IMG/VR virus record: IMGVR_UViG_3300047373_000021
Location: 1-31,692 of that record
Origin: a virus
Length of the DNA stretch: 31,692 nucleotides
Reading direction: 5' to 3' (one strand)
Shown here: positions 1-9,000 of the stretch, piece after piece
How positions within the stretch are numbered: the first letter of the stretch is position 1
Layout of the letters: every line of letters begins with the position of its first letter
Program-made: the position numbers and the translations under genes
The notes under the pieces: model-generated
Seen by the model: the letters and a program-made list of their open reading frames with translations, nothing else
The model's database searches: none
Told to the model about the DNA's origin: nothing

Positions 1-123
1 CAGATGTTAAACGATTTAATTTTAAAACATCTGAACCATCTGCTGTAGCAAACAACAATCCATTTTGTCTGCTTTCAACACCAACATTTGCAATACCTGC
101 TGAAGTCTTACCAACTAATAAAT
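1..123. repeat. Terminal direct repeat, identical to 31570-31692. It is either the assembly overlap of a circular genome or terminal redundancy. Unique genome length is 31,569 bp.
   Basis: Compared base by base; all 123 positions match. Confidence 0.95.
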
Positions 124-3100
124 TACCACTACTATCTATTCTAGCTCTTTCGTTGTCACCATTGCCCTTGAATACTAAACCTGTGCCACCTGCTGCATGT
201 AATTCAGTTGTGCTTGATGAAGCCTTTAAAATTAATTTATTGGCATCTGAACTACTACCTCTTATATATCCTCCAGTATAAGCTGTTCCTGAAAGGTAGA
301 GGTTTTTGAATCTATATCCGCTTTGACCTAAGTCAACAGCATTATTTACTACACCCCCACCTGTAGTTGCAGGAATTACACCTGCATCATTAAAGTAAAG
401 ACCTTTTGTACTACCACTACCACCTGCAATATAAAAATTGTCTGTTGAAGCAACACCAATACTTCCAACTGTTGTTCCATTTTTTCTAAATAAAGCAATG
501 TCTCCATCTGATGATAGGCGATTTAAAGTTATAGCATTACCTGCTCTAGCTAAATAAAGTAAATCATTTAAGTCTGCTCTAAATTCAAAACCTTGGGTAG
601 CACCTGCATCAACACTTGTTTTGCCAAGCATGACGTTTCCACTACTATCTATCCTAAATCTTTCTGAACTATCTGTTTGGTCATATACTTTTAACGTACC
701 TGCATCTGTAATAAGTCTAAAATGCCCTTCAGTATTTTTTATATCTACACTAGCTTGACCTGCGTTAGTACTTTGAACTGTAAATGTATTATCATTTTTA
801 GCTGTTGTTATAGCACCTGTTACGTCTATGCCTGCTGAATTTAACTTTAAAATTTGTGCAGGCGGATTACCTACTTTAAAATTCATTTCAGGGGATGATG
901 AACCATAACCACCTTCAATAACTCCATACTTAGTAAAAGCTGTATGGAAATCTATAGCGACTCTATTATTAGCACCTGATGTATTATTAGATAGTTTGAG
1001 ACCAGTAGTTACTCCTGATGATGTATTGGTTGCACTTGCTGTTCCTGTTACGTCAATTCCGCTTGAGGTTGTAGATACTTTAGGCGCACCTGCATATCTT
1101 AAAGTTACTGCACCGCCATTAAAAAATGATGCATATTGTGAATCACCTGTAGAATTTTTAAATACTAGATTAGTAGCGTGTAGTTCTAAATTACCAGTTC
1201 CTGCATCTTTTACATAACTATTACTACCATCATGATAGATTTGTAAGTCATTACCTGCACCAAACTGAGCTTTTATATTGTCAGCAAAGTTAAGGTTATG
1301 AGAAAAGTTAAAGCTATCGTTAGCTGTATTCCAAGTTAAGGTAGCATCTTGGGTAGCACTTACAGCATCTTGAATGGTAATACCTGCACCATTAGCTGAA
1401 GCTGATGAATCACCTGTTGAATAGTTAAGGGTAATGTTTTTGTCTTTTACGTTTAGATCATCAGTATTTACGCTTGTTGTAGTACCTTGAACTGTTAGGT
1501 TGCCCTGAATAATTATGTTGTTAGAAAAGGTATGATCGCCTGTAATAGTAGAATCAAGATTTAAAGTAACTGAACCTGAAGTACCGCCACCATTTAAGTT
1601 AGTACCTGCTACTACTGCTGTAATATCACCAGTACCAGTTCCTAGTGCTTGACCATTCCAATATAAAGAACCGCCTACGTTGTAAAGATTATTAGTTGTA
1701 GTTGATGGTGTGTAAGACCCAAACTGTATTGAGCCTTGAGATATGTTAAATGTACCCTGACCAGTAAAACCATCTACAAATGTTGGTGCATTTTCAAATC
1801 TTGCAGTACCACTATCTACAATTAGACCATTATCAAACTCTACAACTTCACCAAAATTAGTTTTATTTAAGAACTTAACCCAGTTACCTGATTTACCTGA
1901 TACAGTTCCATAGGTTTCAACTGTTGACATGGTAACGCCATTCATTTCAACTTCAGTAGTTTTTACTGGGTCATCTGCAATAGTAAATGTTTTAGTAGAT
2001 GCGTTAGATTCAATACCAACACCATTGAAAGCTGTAATACTAGCTTCATAGTTAGAGCCTTTAGGTAAGAAAGCTAAATCAACTGAAGGTGTATCTACTA
2101 TTTTACTAAAGACATTATTGTCTGAGCTATCAACTACATCTACTCTGTATTGTCTTACTGGAAAATCAGTTGGCTCAGTCCAAGTTAAAGTAGGCCTGTT
2201 AATAGATGAAGCATCGGTATCAGTAAATACAATACTATTTGCTTGTGGTGGTTTTAAAGCACCTATAGTTGGTATCTTGGCTAATATTTCAGTTGATTCT
2301 TGAGCTGGTACTTCCCATGTATAGACATCAAAGTATTCAATCAAGCTAACAGATACAAGACCATTTGCCTGTAGTTCTAATGCTTCTACCCTACATATCT
2401 TGCCTGAGAATCCTAAACCTGAATAAGTAAGATCAACTATATCTCCTACGTTTAATTTATACATCTCAGGAGTTCCTAAGAACTGCATAGTGGTCTGATT
2501 TCTACTTCTAGTTAAGATAGCCTTACCCATGTTATAAGCAATGTATGGGTCTGTTACATAAGGGAACTCAGCTTTAATTTCTAATACTTCACCATCATCT
2601 GAATAATAATCAGGCGATGCATCATGTAAAACTGTAGCTGTATCTAGTTCGTATTTCTTATTTGCGTTAAAGAACTCAATAACAACTTTGTTTGCTTTCT
2701 TATCTTTATTGCCATAATCAACTGATATACCAGCATCAGCTATAATATGGTCATCAGTAATACTGAATGTAGAAGAGCCTGTATCTTCTATTTGTAATTC
2801 ATATTTACCATTAACGTAATTAAGAATACCTCGCATATTTGCAAGTAATTCTTTGGCGTTATCCATGACATTTTTATTAGTGTCAATGTAACCATTGCAA
2901 TGAAATCTTTTAACTTTAGCTTTAGCACTACCAGCTTCATTTGTATAACTGCTTGATAAAGTACCATCTATATATAATCTGTTTTCTTGGGTAGCATCAT
3001 AAAATTCATATCGTGTAGTACCTTTAATATCTACACCATCAAAAATTACAGTATCACTAGCATCTCTAATATCTATAACTTCATCTACTTTGTTTTGCCA

Positions 3101-4054
3101 CCAGTCAGCATTGTCATCTATAACAATAAAGTCATCACCTGAATCACCACTCCAAGTTACATCTTGGTAATTGCCATTGTAGTAAGGTTGATCTACTAAA
3201 GTATCGCACTTATTAGCAGCAGCACTAATAGTAGTCATGTTAATTTGTGAAGTTGCTAATCCTTTACCATATTCATCATTTTGTATGTAATCTAAGAAAC
3301 ATAGAGCTGGATTAGAAGACCAAGCAGTAGTGTCAGTTCTTGGGTCGTAAACTTTCTTACCTTTAACCTGTACTGTTATTTGCGGTACGCCTTTATACAT
3401 ACCTTTTTTATCGTAATCAAAAGATGCAGCTATATAACAAATACCATTTAATTTATGATTTGTAGTCCACTCAGTAGGTATAGATGCTCTGAGCATAGGG
3501 TCTGCTGTTTGACTTGATGCGCCATGATGCAAGTTAAATACAAAAGAATATCTAAGTGTTGGGTCAGTTCCTAATGTACCTGCGTTTGAGTATTGATTAT
3601 CACCAACTTGAGATGCAGTATTTAAAGAACCTGAACCTGAAGATATTTTATCTGAGCCTACATATCCACCACCTTTATAGATATTGCCATCTAAAATACT
3701 ATTCCCATCTATTTCAATAGTTCTGCCAAGTATCTCTTCACATTCTCCAACTGATATTGCATAAACAACAAATAAGTCTTTTGATCTGTTTTGTGCTGTA
3801 TCCATATAAACAATTTGAGCACCTACCCTTCTTGTTCCATAGATAACTGGTATCTTGCCACCAGCAGCAGTTTTGTTAGCCATGATGTCTTGACCTTTAG
3901 CTAACATTTGTTTTGCTTGTAAGAAGCCTTTAACACCTACTACTGTTGTATATGCAAAGAAAGCATTTTTAAGGTTAAAGCCACCTGCCCAACCTACTTG
4001 TTGTATTTTATTCCATACAAATTTACCAACAGCCTTAAAAAAATTACCTATCAT
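1..4054 (-). CDS. 5' part (codons 1-1351) of a giant tail-tip / host-specificity / fibre protein: lambda gpJ-like core, FN3-like domain, then fibre. The ORF runs off the window start and continues at 31569.
   Basis: ATG at 4054-4052 overlaps the TAA of the upstream gene (TAATG). I checked every minus-strand codon in this frame down to base 2 and found no stop. The translation contains GKIPVIYGTRRVGAQIVYM, SSNPALCFLDYIQNDEYGKGL and RFHCNGYIDT, which are typical of gpJ / Phage-tail_3 proteins. The frame is continuous with ORF 26759..31627 across the 123-bp overlap. Confidence 0.85.
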   Translation of the reverse strand, partial: MIGNFFKAVGKFVWNKIQQVGWAGGFNLKNAFFAYTTVVGVKGFLQAKQMLAKGQDIMANKTAAGGKIPVIYGTRRVGAQIVYMDTAQNRSKDLFVVYAISVGECEEILGRTIEIDGNSILDGNIYKGGGYVGSDKISSGSGSLNTASQVGDNQYSNAGTLGTDPTLRYSFVFNLHHGASSQTADPMLRASIPTEWTTNHKLNGICYIAASFDYDKKGMYKGVPQITVQVKGKKVYDPRTDTTAWSSNPALCFLDYIQNDEYGKGLATSQINMTTISAAANKCDTLVDQPYYNGNYQDVTWSGDSGDDFIVIDDNADWWQNKVDEVIDIRDASDTVIFDGVDIKGTTRYEFYDATQENRLYIDGTLSSSYTNEAGSAKAKVKRFHCNGYIDTNKNVMDNAKELLANMRGILNYVNGKYELQIEDTGSSTFSITDDHIIADAGISVDYGNKDKKANKVVIEFFNANKKYELDTATVLHDASPDYYSDDGEVLEIKAEFPYVTDPYIAYNMGKAILTRSRNQTTMQFLGTPEMYKLNVGDIVDLTYSGLGFSGKICRVEALELQANGLVSVSLIEYFDVYTWEVPAQESTEILAKIPTIGALKPPQANSIVFTDTDASSINRPTLTWTEPTDFPVRQYRVDVVDSSDNNVFSKIVDTPSVDLAFLPKGSNYEASITAFNGVGIESNASTKTFTIADDPVKTTEVEMNGVTMSTVETYGTVSGKSGNWVKFLNKTNFGEVVEFDNGLIVDSGTARFENAPTFVDGFTGQGTFNISQGSIQFGSYTPSTTTNNLYNVGGSLYWNGQALGTGTGDITAVVAGTNLNGGGTSGSVTLNLDSTITGDHTFSNNIIIQGNLTVQGTTTSVNTDDLNVKDKNITLNYSTGDSSASANGAGITIQDAVSATQDATLTWNTANDSFNFSHNLNFADNIKAQFGAGNDLQIYHDGSNSYVKDAGTGNLELHATNLVFKNSTGDSQYASFFNGGAVTLRYAGAPKVSTTSSGIDVTGTASATNTSSGVTTGLKLSNNTSGANNRVAIDFHTAFTKYGVIEGGYGSSSPEMNFKVGNPPAQILKLNSAGIDVTGAITTAKNDNTFTVQSTNAGQASVDIKNTEGHFRLITDAGTLKVYDQTDSSERFRIDSSGNVMLGKTSVDAGATQGFEFRADLNDLLYLARAGNAITLNRLSSDGDIALFRKNGTTVGSIGVASTDNFYIAGGSGSTKGLYFNDAGVIPATTGGGVVNNAVDLGQSGYRFKNLYLSGTAYTGGYIRGSSSDANKLILKASSSTTELHAAGGTGLVFKGNGDNERARIDSSGNLLVGKTSAGIANVGVESRQNGLLFATADGSDVLKLNRLTS

Positions 4055-4602
4055 TAGCTACCCCACCTTACATCTGATTTCACCTGTGTAGCAAATTCTA
4101 AACCTCTATCGCCTGTATATTCTGCTTGTTGAGATTCATCTGAATAATGCCTACCTTTTGTTAAATTCCAGTTTGCCCAATGTGAAGCTACAGTCATACT
4201 AAGCAAAGAATCTTCTGAGTTTTCTGCTACAGATACATTTCTAATTTGCCCTGTAAAATAATTTATAGCACCCACTAAAGTTTCATTTTCATTAAAGTAA
4301 GCTAAATATATTTCTACTGTTTTATCTGTAAACGCACCGCTTTGAACTAAACTTCTTACTTGATTAGTTACATTTGAAAAACCAAGGTTAATTTCATCTA
4401 CTTGCAACTGACCTGTTTCTGCAACTGAATCTACTGTTAGAAAAGAACCACCAGCTTCATAAGAGTTAGAATCATAAGTTACATCTGAATACCAGTCAGT
4501 AAGTCTTATGGTTGTAGATAAACCTAATTCAACAAGAAATGCTGTTTTGGTTTGTTGTGCTGATACTTGTGTTTGTAAATCTGTTGATAAACTTCTTGGC
4601 AT
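4054..4602 (-). CDS. Tail-tip (hub) minor tail protein, in the position of lambda gpL / RcGTA g13 (DUF2163-like).
   Basis: 182-aa ORF between the distal tail protein and the gpJ-like gene. N-terminus ...AFLVELGLSTTIRLTDWYSDVTYDSNSYEAGG resembles DUF2163-type proteins. TAATG junctions on both sides. Confidence 0.6.
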   Translation of the reverse strand: MPRSLSTDLQTQVSAQQTKTAFLVELGLSTTIRLTDWYSDVTYDSNSYEAGGSFLTVDSVAETGQLQVDEINLGFSNVTNQVRSLVQSGAFTDKTVEIYLAYFNENETLVGAINYFTGQIRNVSVAENSEDSLLSMTVASHWANWNLTKGRHYSDESQQAEYTGDRGLEFATQVKSDVRWGS

Positions 4603-5201
4603 TATGTTATTACCTCTCTAACATCAAATGAAATGCTGTAAAAACCACTAGCATCTGTACTATACATAATATCATTATTCTCAAGATATACAGTAAAAGA
4701 TGGCTTATTTACAGTTACAGCTTCATTATCTGCTAAAGAGCTAACAAGATTTGGAGATATTTTTACAGCAGCTAGTCCACCTGAAGCATTTGCATCTTCT
4801 TGCACCATATAAACTTTTGAATGACTGGCAAATTTAATTAGATCACCAGCTTTTAATGCACCTGTTGTTTGTGAGAAACCATCCATGTTTACAGTATCTA
4901 TCCCTGCTGAATGTGCGGTGTTTACAAGTATATCTGTTTCGCCTTTACTTGCACCTAAATTATCTAGTGGTGCTTGTATTGTAAAGTTACCAATAGCACC
5001 CTTTTGTTTTTGTAAGAAAGCAAATATCTCCTGAGCTTTCTCTTGTTGTATTGGTGGCATTTGAACTGTGAATGAAAAATACTGAGAACCTATTTGTCTT
5101 GCAGACTTTTTGCCTGATAAGGTTTGATTCAGTAATGTAGGTCTATTGTCTTGAAAGTTTATTGACCTAAAGTTTGGGTCTGTAGGAAATGCACCTGACA
5201 T
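4602..5201 (-). CDS. Distal tail protein, in the position of lambda gpM / RcGTA g12.
   Basis: 199-aa ORF immediately after the tape measure gene, with a TAATG overlap. The call rests mainly on synteny. Confidence 0.55.
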   Translation of the reverse strand: MSGAFPTDPNFRSINFQDNRPTLLNQTLSGKKSARQIGSQYFSFTVQMPPIQQEKAQEIFAFLQKQKGAIGNFTIQAPLDNLGASKGETDILVNTAHSAGIDTVNMDGFSQTTGALKAGDLIKFASHSKVYMVQEDANASGGLAAVKISPNLVSSLADNEAVTVNKPSFTVYLENNDIMYSTDASGFYSISFDVREVIT

Positions 5202-6943
5202 TATACTATCCCCATTTTGCCTTGAGTATTCATGGCATTGTTAATTATTTGTGTTATTAATCCTTTTCTTGATGTTAGTAACTGGTCAAATCCAGCAGCA
5301 TCAACTGTTGATATGTTGAAGTTTACTACTGGTGCTGTTTGTGTTGAATTAATACCTTTTAAATCTTGATTGCTTACAATTTGTCCACCTTGATTTGGTA
5401 TAAATAATTCTCTACCTGATTCGCCAACCATATAAGGCTTACCTGCATTTACTGCACCACCTAATGCCTTTTTACCAAATATTCCCTTGAAAAAGGATTC
5501 AAATCCACCAGTCATGGGTGCTATTATTGCTTCTTGTAAAGCTATCCTTAACATTTGCTCTATTGCATAATTTGCAAAATCTTCAAATGCTAATTTTCCA
5601 TTTTTAAGACCTTCAATTAAAGTATCTTCAAATTTTTTCATTGTATTTATTGTTAGATTTTCAATGGCTAAATCAGTTGCACCTAGACTATCTTTAAATT
5701 TTGAAACTCCTTCAGACATTTTTTTAGTTCCTAATGGGTCATCATCATCATCAAGTTTTTTTGTTTCAAGTTTAAAGTTTAAAACTTTAGTAATCATCTC
5801 ATCAAGACTTTTAATAAAACCATTTTCTTCAGGGTCTACACCTTCTAACTGTTGTTGTATTGACATTAGCTCTCTTCGTAAGAGTATAAGGTCATAATTA
5901 GTAAAAAAGTCATCAGGGTCAAATTCAAGGCCAGTTTTCATAATTGCTTGAATCATGTCTGTGTATTCTTTTTTGGTTTCTTTAAAATCCTTTCTTAACT
6001 TTGCTTGTTCATCTGCCATTTCAGGAAAAATCATCTTTCCAATTTTTGTCTGTGAAAAGTCAGCTATTTGTTTTTTTATGCCATTCATAAACTCAACAAA
6101 GCCTATAAATGCAGTTCTCATAAATGTAAGAATACCAACAGCCAAATCCTTACCAAAGTTCTCAAAGGTAGTATCACCACCCTTCATATCAGCTAATATT
6201 ATTTTTAGTTTTTCAGACACATCTTCAAGAACTGGAATAAATGCAGCAGTTATATTTGCTGATATAGCTGTAATTTGTTTTTTAAGTATATTTATAGAAT
6301 TAGCAAACATTTCAGCTTTTGCAATACTTTGTCTACTTATAATAATTCCTAGATTTTCTGCTTCTTGTTCAAATTCTCTTAAACCATCAGCACCATCCTT
6401 TAAGGTGTTTACCAAAGATACACCTTCAGAATCAAAGAATTTAAAAGCTAATCTTACTTGCTCTGCTGAACTTTTTGTGTTTTTTAAACCATCAGCAACA
6501 TCAAATAGCACTTCTCTAACATCCCTTAAATTTCCATTATTATCAGTTAGCTGTATTCCTAATTGCTCAAATGCTCTTTTAGATTCTCCTGTACCTTGAG
6601 CAGCTTCTGCAGCTCTTCTTATAAATCTTTGCAGACCCATATCAAGAGCTTCTACTTTTACACCAGTTTGCTCTGCAGCAAATCGCATAGCTTGTAAAAA
6701 TTCAACCTCTATACCTAGCTTAGAAGCTGTTTTACCCAGCTTATCCATAAAGTCTACATTAACCTTAACTAATGCAGCTAAAGCAGTTGCAGAAGCAGTA
6801 GCAGCTAATCCTACCTTAGCTATACCCATACTAGCTTTACCAGCTACAGAGCCAACACCTTTAAGACCTTTAGTAACCTTATCAAATGCTGCTTTGGTTT
6901 TATCAACTGCGGTTAATTCAAACTTTACTTTTTTATTTGCCAT
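5201..6943 (-). CDS. Tail tape measure protein.
   Basis: 580 aa with an Ala/Gly-rich hydrophobic N-terminal segment and long helical regions. It sits directly after the chaperone frameshift region and before the tail-tip genes. Confidence 0.85.
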   Translation of the reverse strand: MANKKVKFELTAVDKTKAAFDKVTKGLKGVGSVAGKASMGIAKVGLAATASATALAALVKVNVDFMDKLGKTASKLGIEVEFLQAMRFAAEQTGVKVEALDMGLQRFIRRAAEAAQGTGESKRAFEQLGIQLTDNNGNLRDVREVLFDVADGLKNTKSSAEQVRLAFKFFDSEGVSLVNTLKDGADGLREFEQEAENLGIIISRQSIAKAEMFANSINILKKQITAISANITAAFIPVLEDVSEKLKIILADMKGGDTTFENFGKDLAVGILTFMRTAFIGFVEFMNGIKKQIADFSQTKIGKMIFPEMADEQAKLRKDFKETKKEYTDMIQAIMKTGLEFDPDDFFTNYDLILLRRELMSIQQQLEGVDPEENGFIKSLDEMITKVLNFKLETKKLDDDDDPLGTKKMSEGVSKFKDSLGATDLAIENLTINTMKKFEDTLIEGLKNGKLAFEDFANYAIEQMLRIALQEAIIAPMTGGFESFFKGIFGKKALGGAVNAGKPYMVGESGRELFIPNQGGQIVSNQDLKGINSTQTAPVVNFNISTVDAAGFDQLLTSRKGLITQIINNAMNTQGKMGIV

Positions 6944-7417
6944 TGTTTCTCTTTTCTTCAGCTAACTCTAAGTAAGCTATCCATCCTTGATATTCTTGGA
7001 CACTAATTTGTTGGAGTTCTTCTAAGGTCTTTCCAAGTTTTTCAGCTAGTGCATATTGCACATATAAATTAGTATCCTTTATTAGTTTTTTTTCGTTTCC
7101 TCAATGGGTTCTTGACCCATAATTTTTGTAGCAACGCTTACTAATACTTCTCTATCAACGCTATTTAATAAGGCATTTTTATCGCCTAAATCAAATAACT
7201 TATCTCCATTCTCATCTAATGCTTTATATATAAGAACATAAGCCATCATCGTTAAATCATCTTCTTTACTCATTTTATAAAGTTTAGAAGTTTCAGCTAA
7301 CGTTAATGGCTTACTGAATATTCTTAGAGGTTTATCATCTTCACCCCATTCAGGCACTTCGATTACTTTTACATCTTGCTCTGCAAAATGTTTCTTTGCG
7401 TTATCTATTACTGACAT
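6933..7417 (-). CDS. Tail assembly chaperone -1 frameshift product (gpGT analogue, about 160 aa).
   Basis: The -1 frame is open from the A8 run for 51 codons (KLIKDTNLYVQYALAEKLGKTLEELQQISVQEYQGWIAYLELAEEKRNNGK) and stops just inside the tape measure gene. The region 6944-7081 is otherwise non-coding. Confidence 0.55.
7082..7417 (-). CDS. Tail assembly chaperone (gpG analogue).
   Basis: 111-aa acidic ORF between the major tail and tape measure genes. It ends in the slippery run ACG AAA AAA AAC TAA. Confidence 0.7.
   Translation of the reverse strand: MSVIDNAKKHFAEQDVKVIEVPEWGEDDKPLRIFSKPLTLAETSKLYKMSKEDDLTMMAYVLIYKALDENGDKLFDLGDKNALLNSVDREVLVSVATKIMGQEPIEETKKN
7085..7093 (-). promoter_or_regulatory. 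Programmed -1 ribosomal frameshift slippery site (A AAA AAC within an A8 run).
   Basis: Plus strand reads g-tttttttt-cg at 7085-7095. Zero-frame codons are AAA AAA AAC TAA. Confidence 0.55.
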
Positions 7418-7421
7418 CGTC

Positions 7422-7811
7422 TTATACTGTTGTTGATGTTAATGCACCAGTACCTTGTACTGAAACACTTGCTTCAACCAACCCATCAAATGATGCACTT
7501 CTTGAAACACCAGTAACAATAGCTGTACCTGTATAATAAGTATCACCTGATGCATCTCCTTCAGGATAGACATTTAATGTTACTTCTGAGCCAATAGTTA
7601 AAGCACCTTGACCTGAAGTATCAGTCTCATCCCAAAATACATCTAAACTTCCTGAGAAAGAAGTCAATGATGATTTATAGGTTCTAGCAGCATCACCCAT
7701 TGAAGTATCTTCTAAAGTATCAGCAGATTCTTCAATAGAATATGATCTTATTTCAGCTACAGCATTAGTACCGACTTTTACAGTACCTTCACTTCCTTTA
7801 TGTGTTGCCAT
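7422..7811 (-). CDS. Major tail protein (small TP901-1 / RcGTA g9-like type).
   Basis: 129 aa, MATHKGSEGTVKVGTNAVAEIRSYSIEESADTLEDTSMGD.... It lies immediately upstream of the chaperone genes. Confidence 0.7.
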   Translation of the reverse strand: MATHKGSEGTVKVGTNAVAEIRSYSIEESADTLEDTSMGDAARTYKSSLTSFSGSLDVFWDETDTSGQGALTIGSEVTLNVYPEGDASGDTYYTGTAIVTGVSRSASFDGLVEASVSVQGTGALTSTTV

Positions 7812-7968
7812 TTTCTTTTACCTTGTCTTTCGACTTTTTCTTAGAAGAAGATTTAATTTTATCTTGCGAATGGACTGCTTCCTCTTTCCAACCCATATTC
7901 TTTAATGACTCAACTTTTGAGGGATGAGCTATTATCGAAACTTTACCATTTGGACTAATTAATTTCAT
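7798..7968 (-). CDS. Small hypothetical protein (56 aa, Lys/Ser-rich C-terminus). It is not in the ORF track.
   Basis: AGGAGA Shine-Dalgarno 5 nt upstream of the ATG at 7968. The frame checked open. The stop overlaps the start of the major tail gene. Confidence 0.45.
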   Translation of the reverse strand: MKLISPNGKVSIIAHPSKVESLKNMGWKEEAVHSQDKIKSSSKKKSKDKVKENGNT

Positions 7969-7980
7969 AATTATCTCCTA

Positions 7981-8427
7981 TTATACCGCTACATCAGGAT
8001 TGGTTTCCTGAACATAGTAGTTTGTTAAAAAAGTTAGAGTTACATAACCTACTGGCTGTTCTCCTTCTCCTGTATATTCTATTTCAGTTGATTCAACATA
8101 AGTATCTTTTGCTAAACCACCTAGTGTTCTATCAGCCATGATAGCTTCTTCAACTTCTTTACTAATTGTATCAATAGTATCATCAAAGTTGCTAGTAGCT
8201 TTGCAATATGCTTCTACTACCACTGAAAGCTCTCTGCTCATAACCCTATCAGTACCTATAACAATAGGCTCAGATGTTTCTGATTTTGTATAAATAACCA
8301 AAGAAGGTAGGGTGTCTTCTTGTAGTGTATAAACTCTTGACTCATAAACATTAGAGCCTGTAGTTGTAAGACCTGTTAATGTAGTACCAAAGTATTCTCT
8401 GATTTGTTGTCTTACATGATTAGCCAT
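7981..8427 (-). CDS. Tail terminator / tail completion protein (gpU / DUF3168-like position).
   Basis: 148 aa, called from synteny (after the head-tail joining protein, before the major tail protein). N-terminal pattern ...VRQQIREYFGTTLTGL...LPSLVIY. Confidence 0.5.
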   Translation of the reverse strand: MANHVRQQIREYFGTTLTGLTTTGSNVYESRVYTLQEDTLPSLVIYTKSETSEPIVIGTDRVMSRELSVVVEAYCKATSNFDDTIDTISKEVEEAIMADRTLGGLAKDTYVESTEIEYTGEGEQPVGYVTLTFLTNYYVQETNPDVAV

Positions 8428-8774
8428 TATTGAACCTCAAGTAATAATGAAGTCATGCCTAAATTATCATGCTCATAATTTATAACTTTATAAGTTGTTG
8501 ATGGTTTGATTTGTGTACCATCTAAATTCTTAATAGCTGGTGCAACGATAGTGTCACCAAATGCTATGCTTGGTATATCAGTAGTCTTAGCCTGTGCTAC
8601 TGGTTGATAACCTTGAACTGGTAATCCTGCTGTATCTATATCTACATATTCTTGATTTAGGATTACGTTGATAGAAGAAGATGAACCACCTGTAGGTGTG
8701 TAGGTAACTTGAATACCATGACCATAGGTGGCATCTAGGTAGCCATCGAAATCTCTATCAAATTCCATTGGCAT
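8427..8774 (-). CDS. Head-tail joining protein (gpFII-like).
   Basis: 115 aa. The pattern FD..FD....ATYG..I.VTYTP.....INVIL... resembles lambda FII-type connectors. TAATG junction with the next gene. Confidence 0.5.
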   Translation of the reverse strand: MPMEFDRDFDGYLDATYGHGIQVTYTPTGGSSSSINVILNQEYVDIDTAGLPVQGYQPVAQAKTTDIPSIAFGDTIVAPAIKNLDGTQIKPSTTYKVINYEHDNLGMTSLLLEVQ

Positions 8775-8776
8775 AA

Positions 8777-8992
8777 TTATTTTTTAGCTCTAGTTTTAGG
8801 AGCTTTTACTTTAGAAGTTTTTAAGCCTACGCTTCTATCTTCTTTTTTAGCTTTAGGTTTTGCTACATGCACTTCTGCTTTATTGTAAGCACAAAGTTCA
8901 TGCCCTATGTTTTCAGGTAGTTCAACAACATCACCTGCATTTACCTTTTTACCATTTGCGACTGTATCGCTTTTAATTAAGTATTTTTTCAT
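8777..8992 (-). CDS. Hypothetical protein with a Lys-rich C-terminal tail. The ORF is open up to 9034, but I prefer the ATG at 8992.
   Basis: The ORF-track start at 9034 would place the stable hairpin 9001-9020 inside the coding region. Neither start has a clear SD. Confidence 0.45.
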   Translation of the reverse strand: MKKYLIKSDTVANGKKVNAGDVVELPENIGHELCAYNKAEVHVAKPKAKKEDRSVGLKTSKVKAPKTRAKK

Positions 8993-9000
8993 ATTTAAGT

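Noticed and set aside
996-2303. Plus-strand ORFs 996..1217 and 2118..2303, and likewise 27654..28022 and 28593..28868.
   Set aside because: They lie antisense to the verified uninterrupted fibre reading frame. They show no start context or recognisable motifs.
5664-6599. Plus-strand ORFs 5664..5897 and 5955..6599 (77 and 214 aa).
   Set aside because: They are antisense to the tape measure gene. They translate to Ser/Phe/Ile-rich low-complexity strings and have no SD. Every supported gene is on the other strand.
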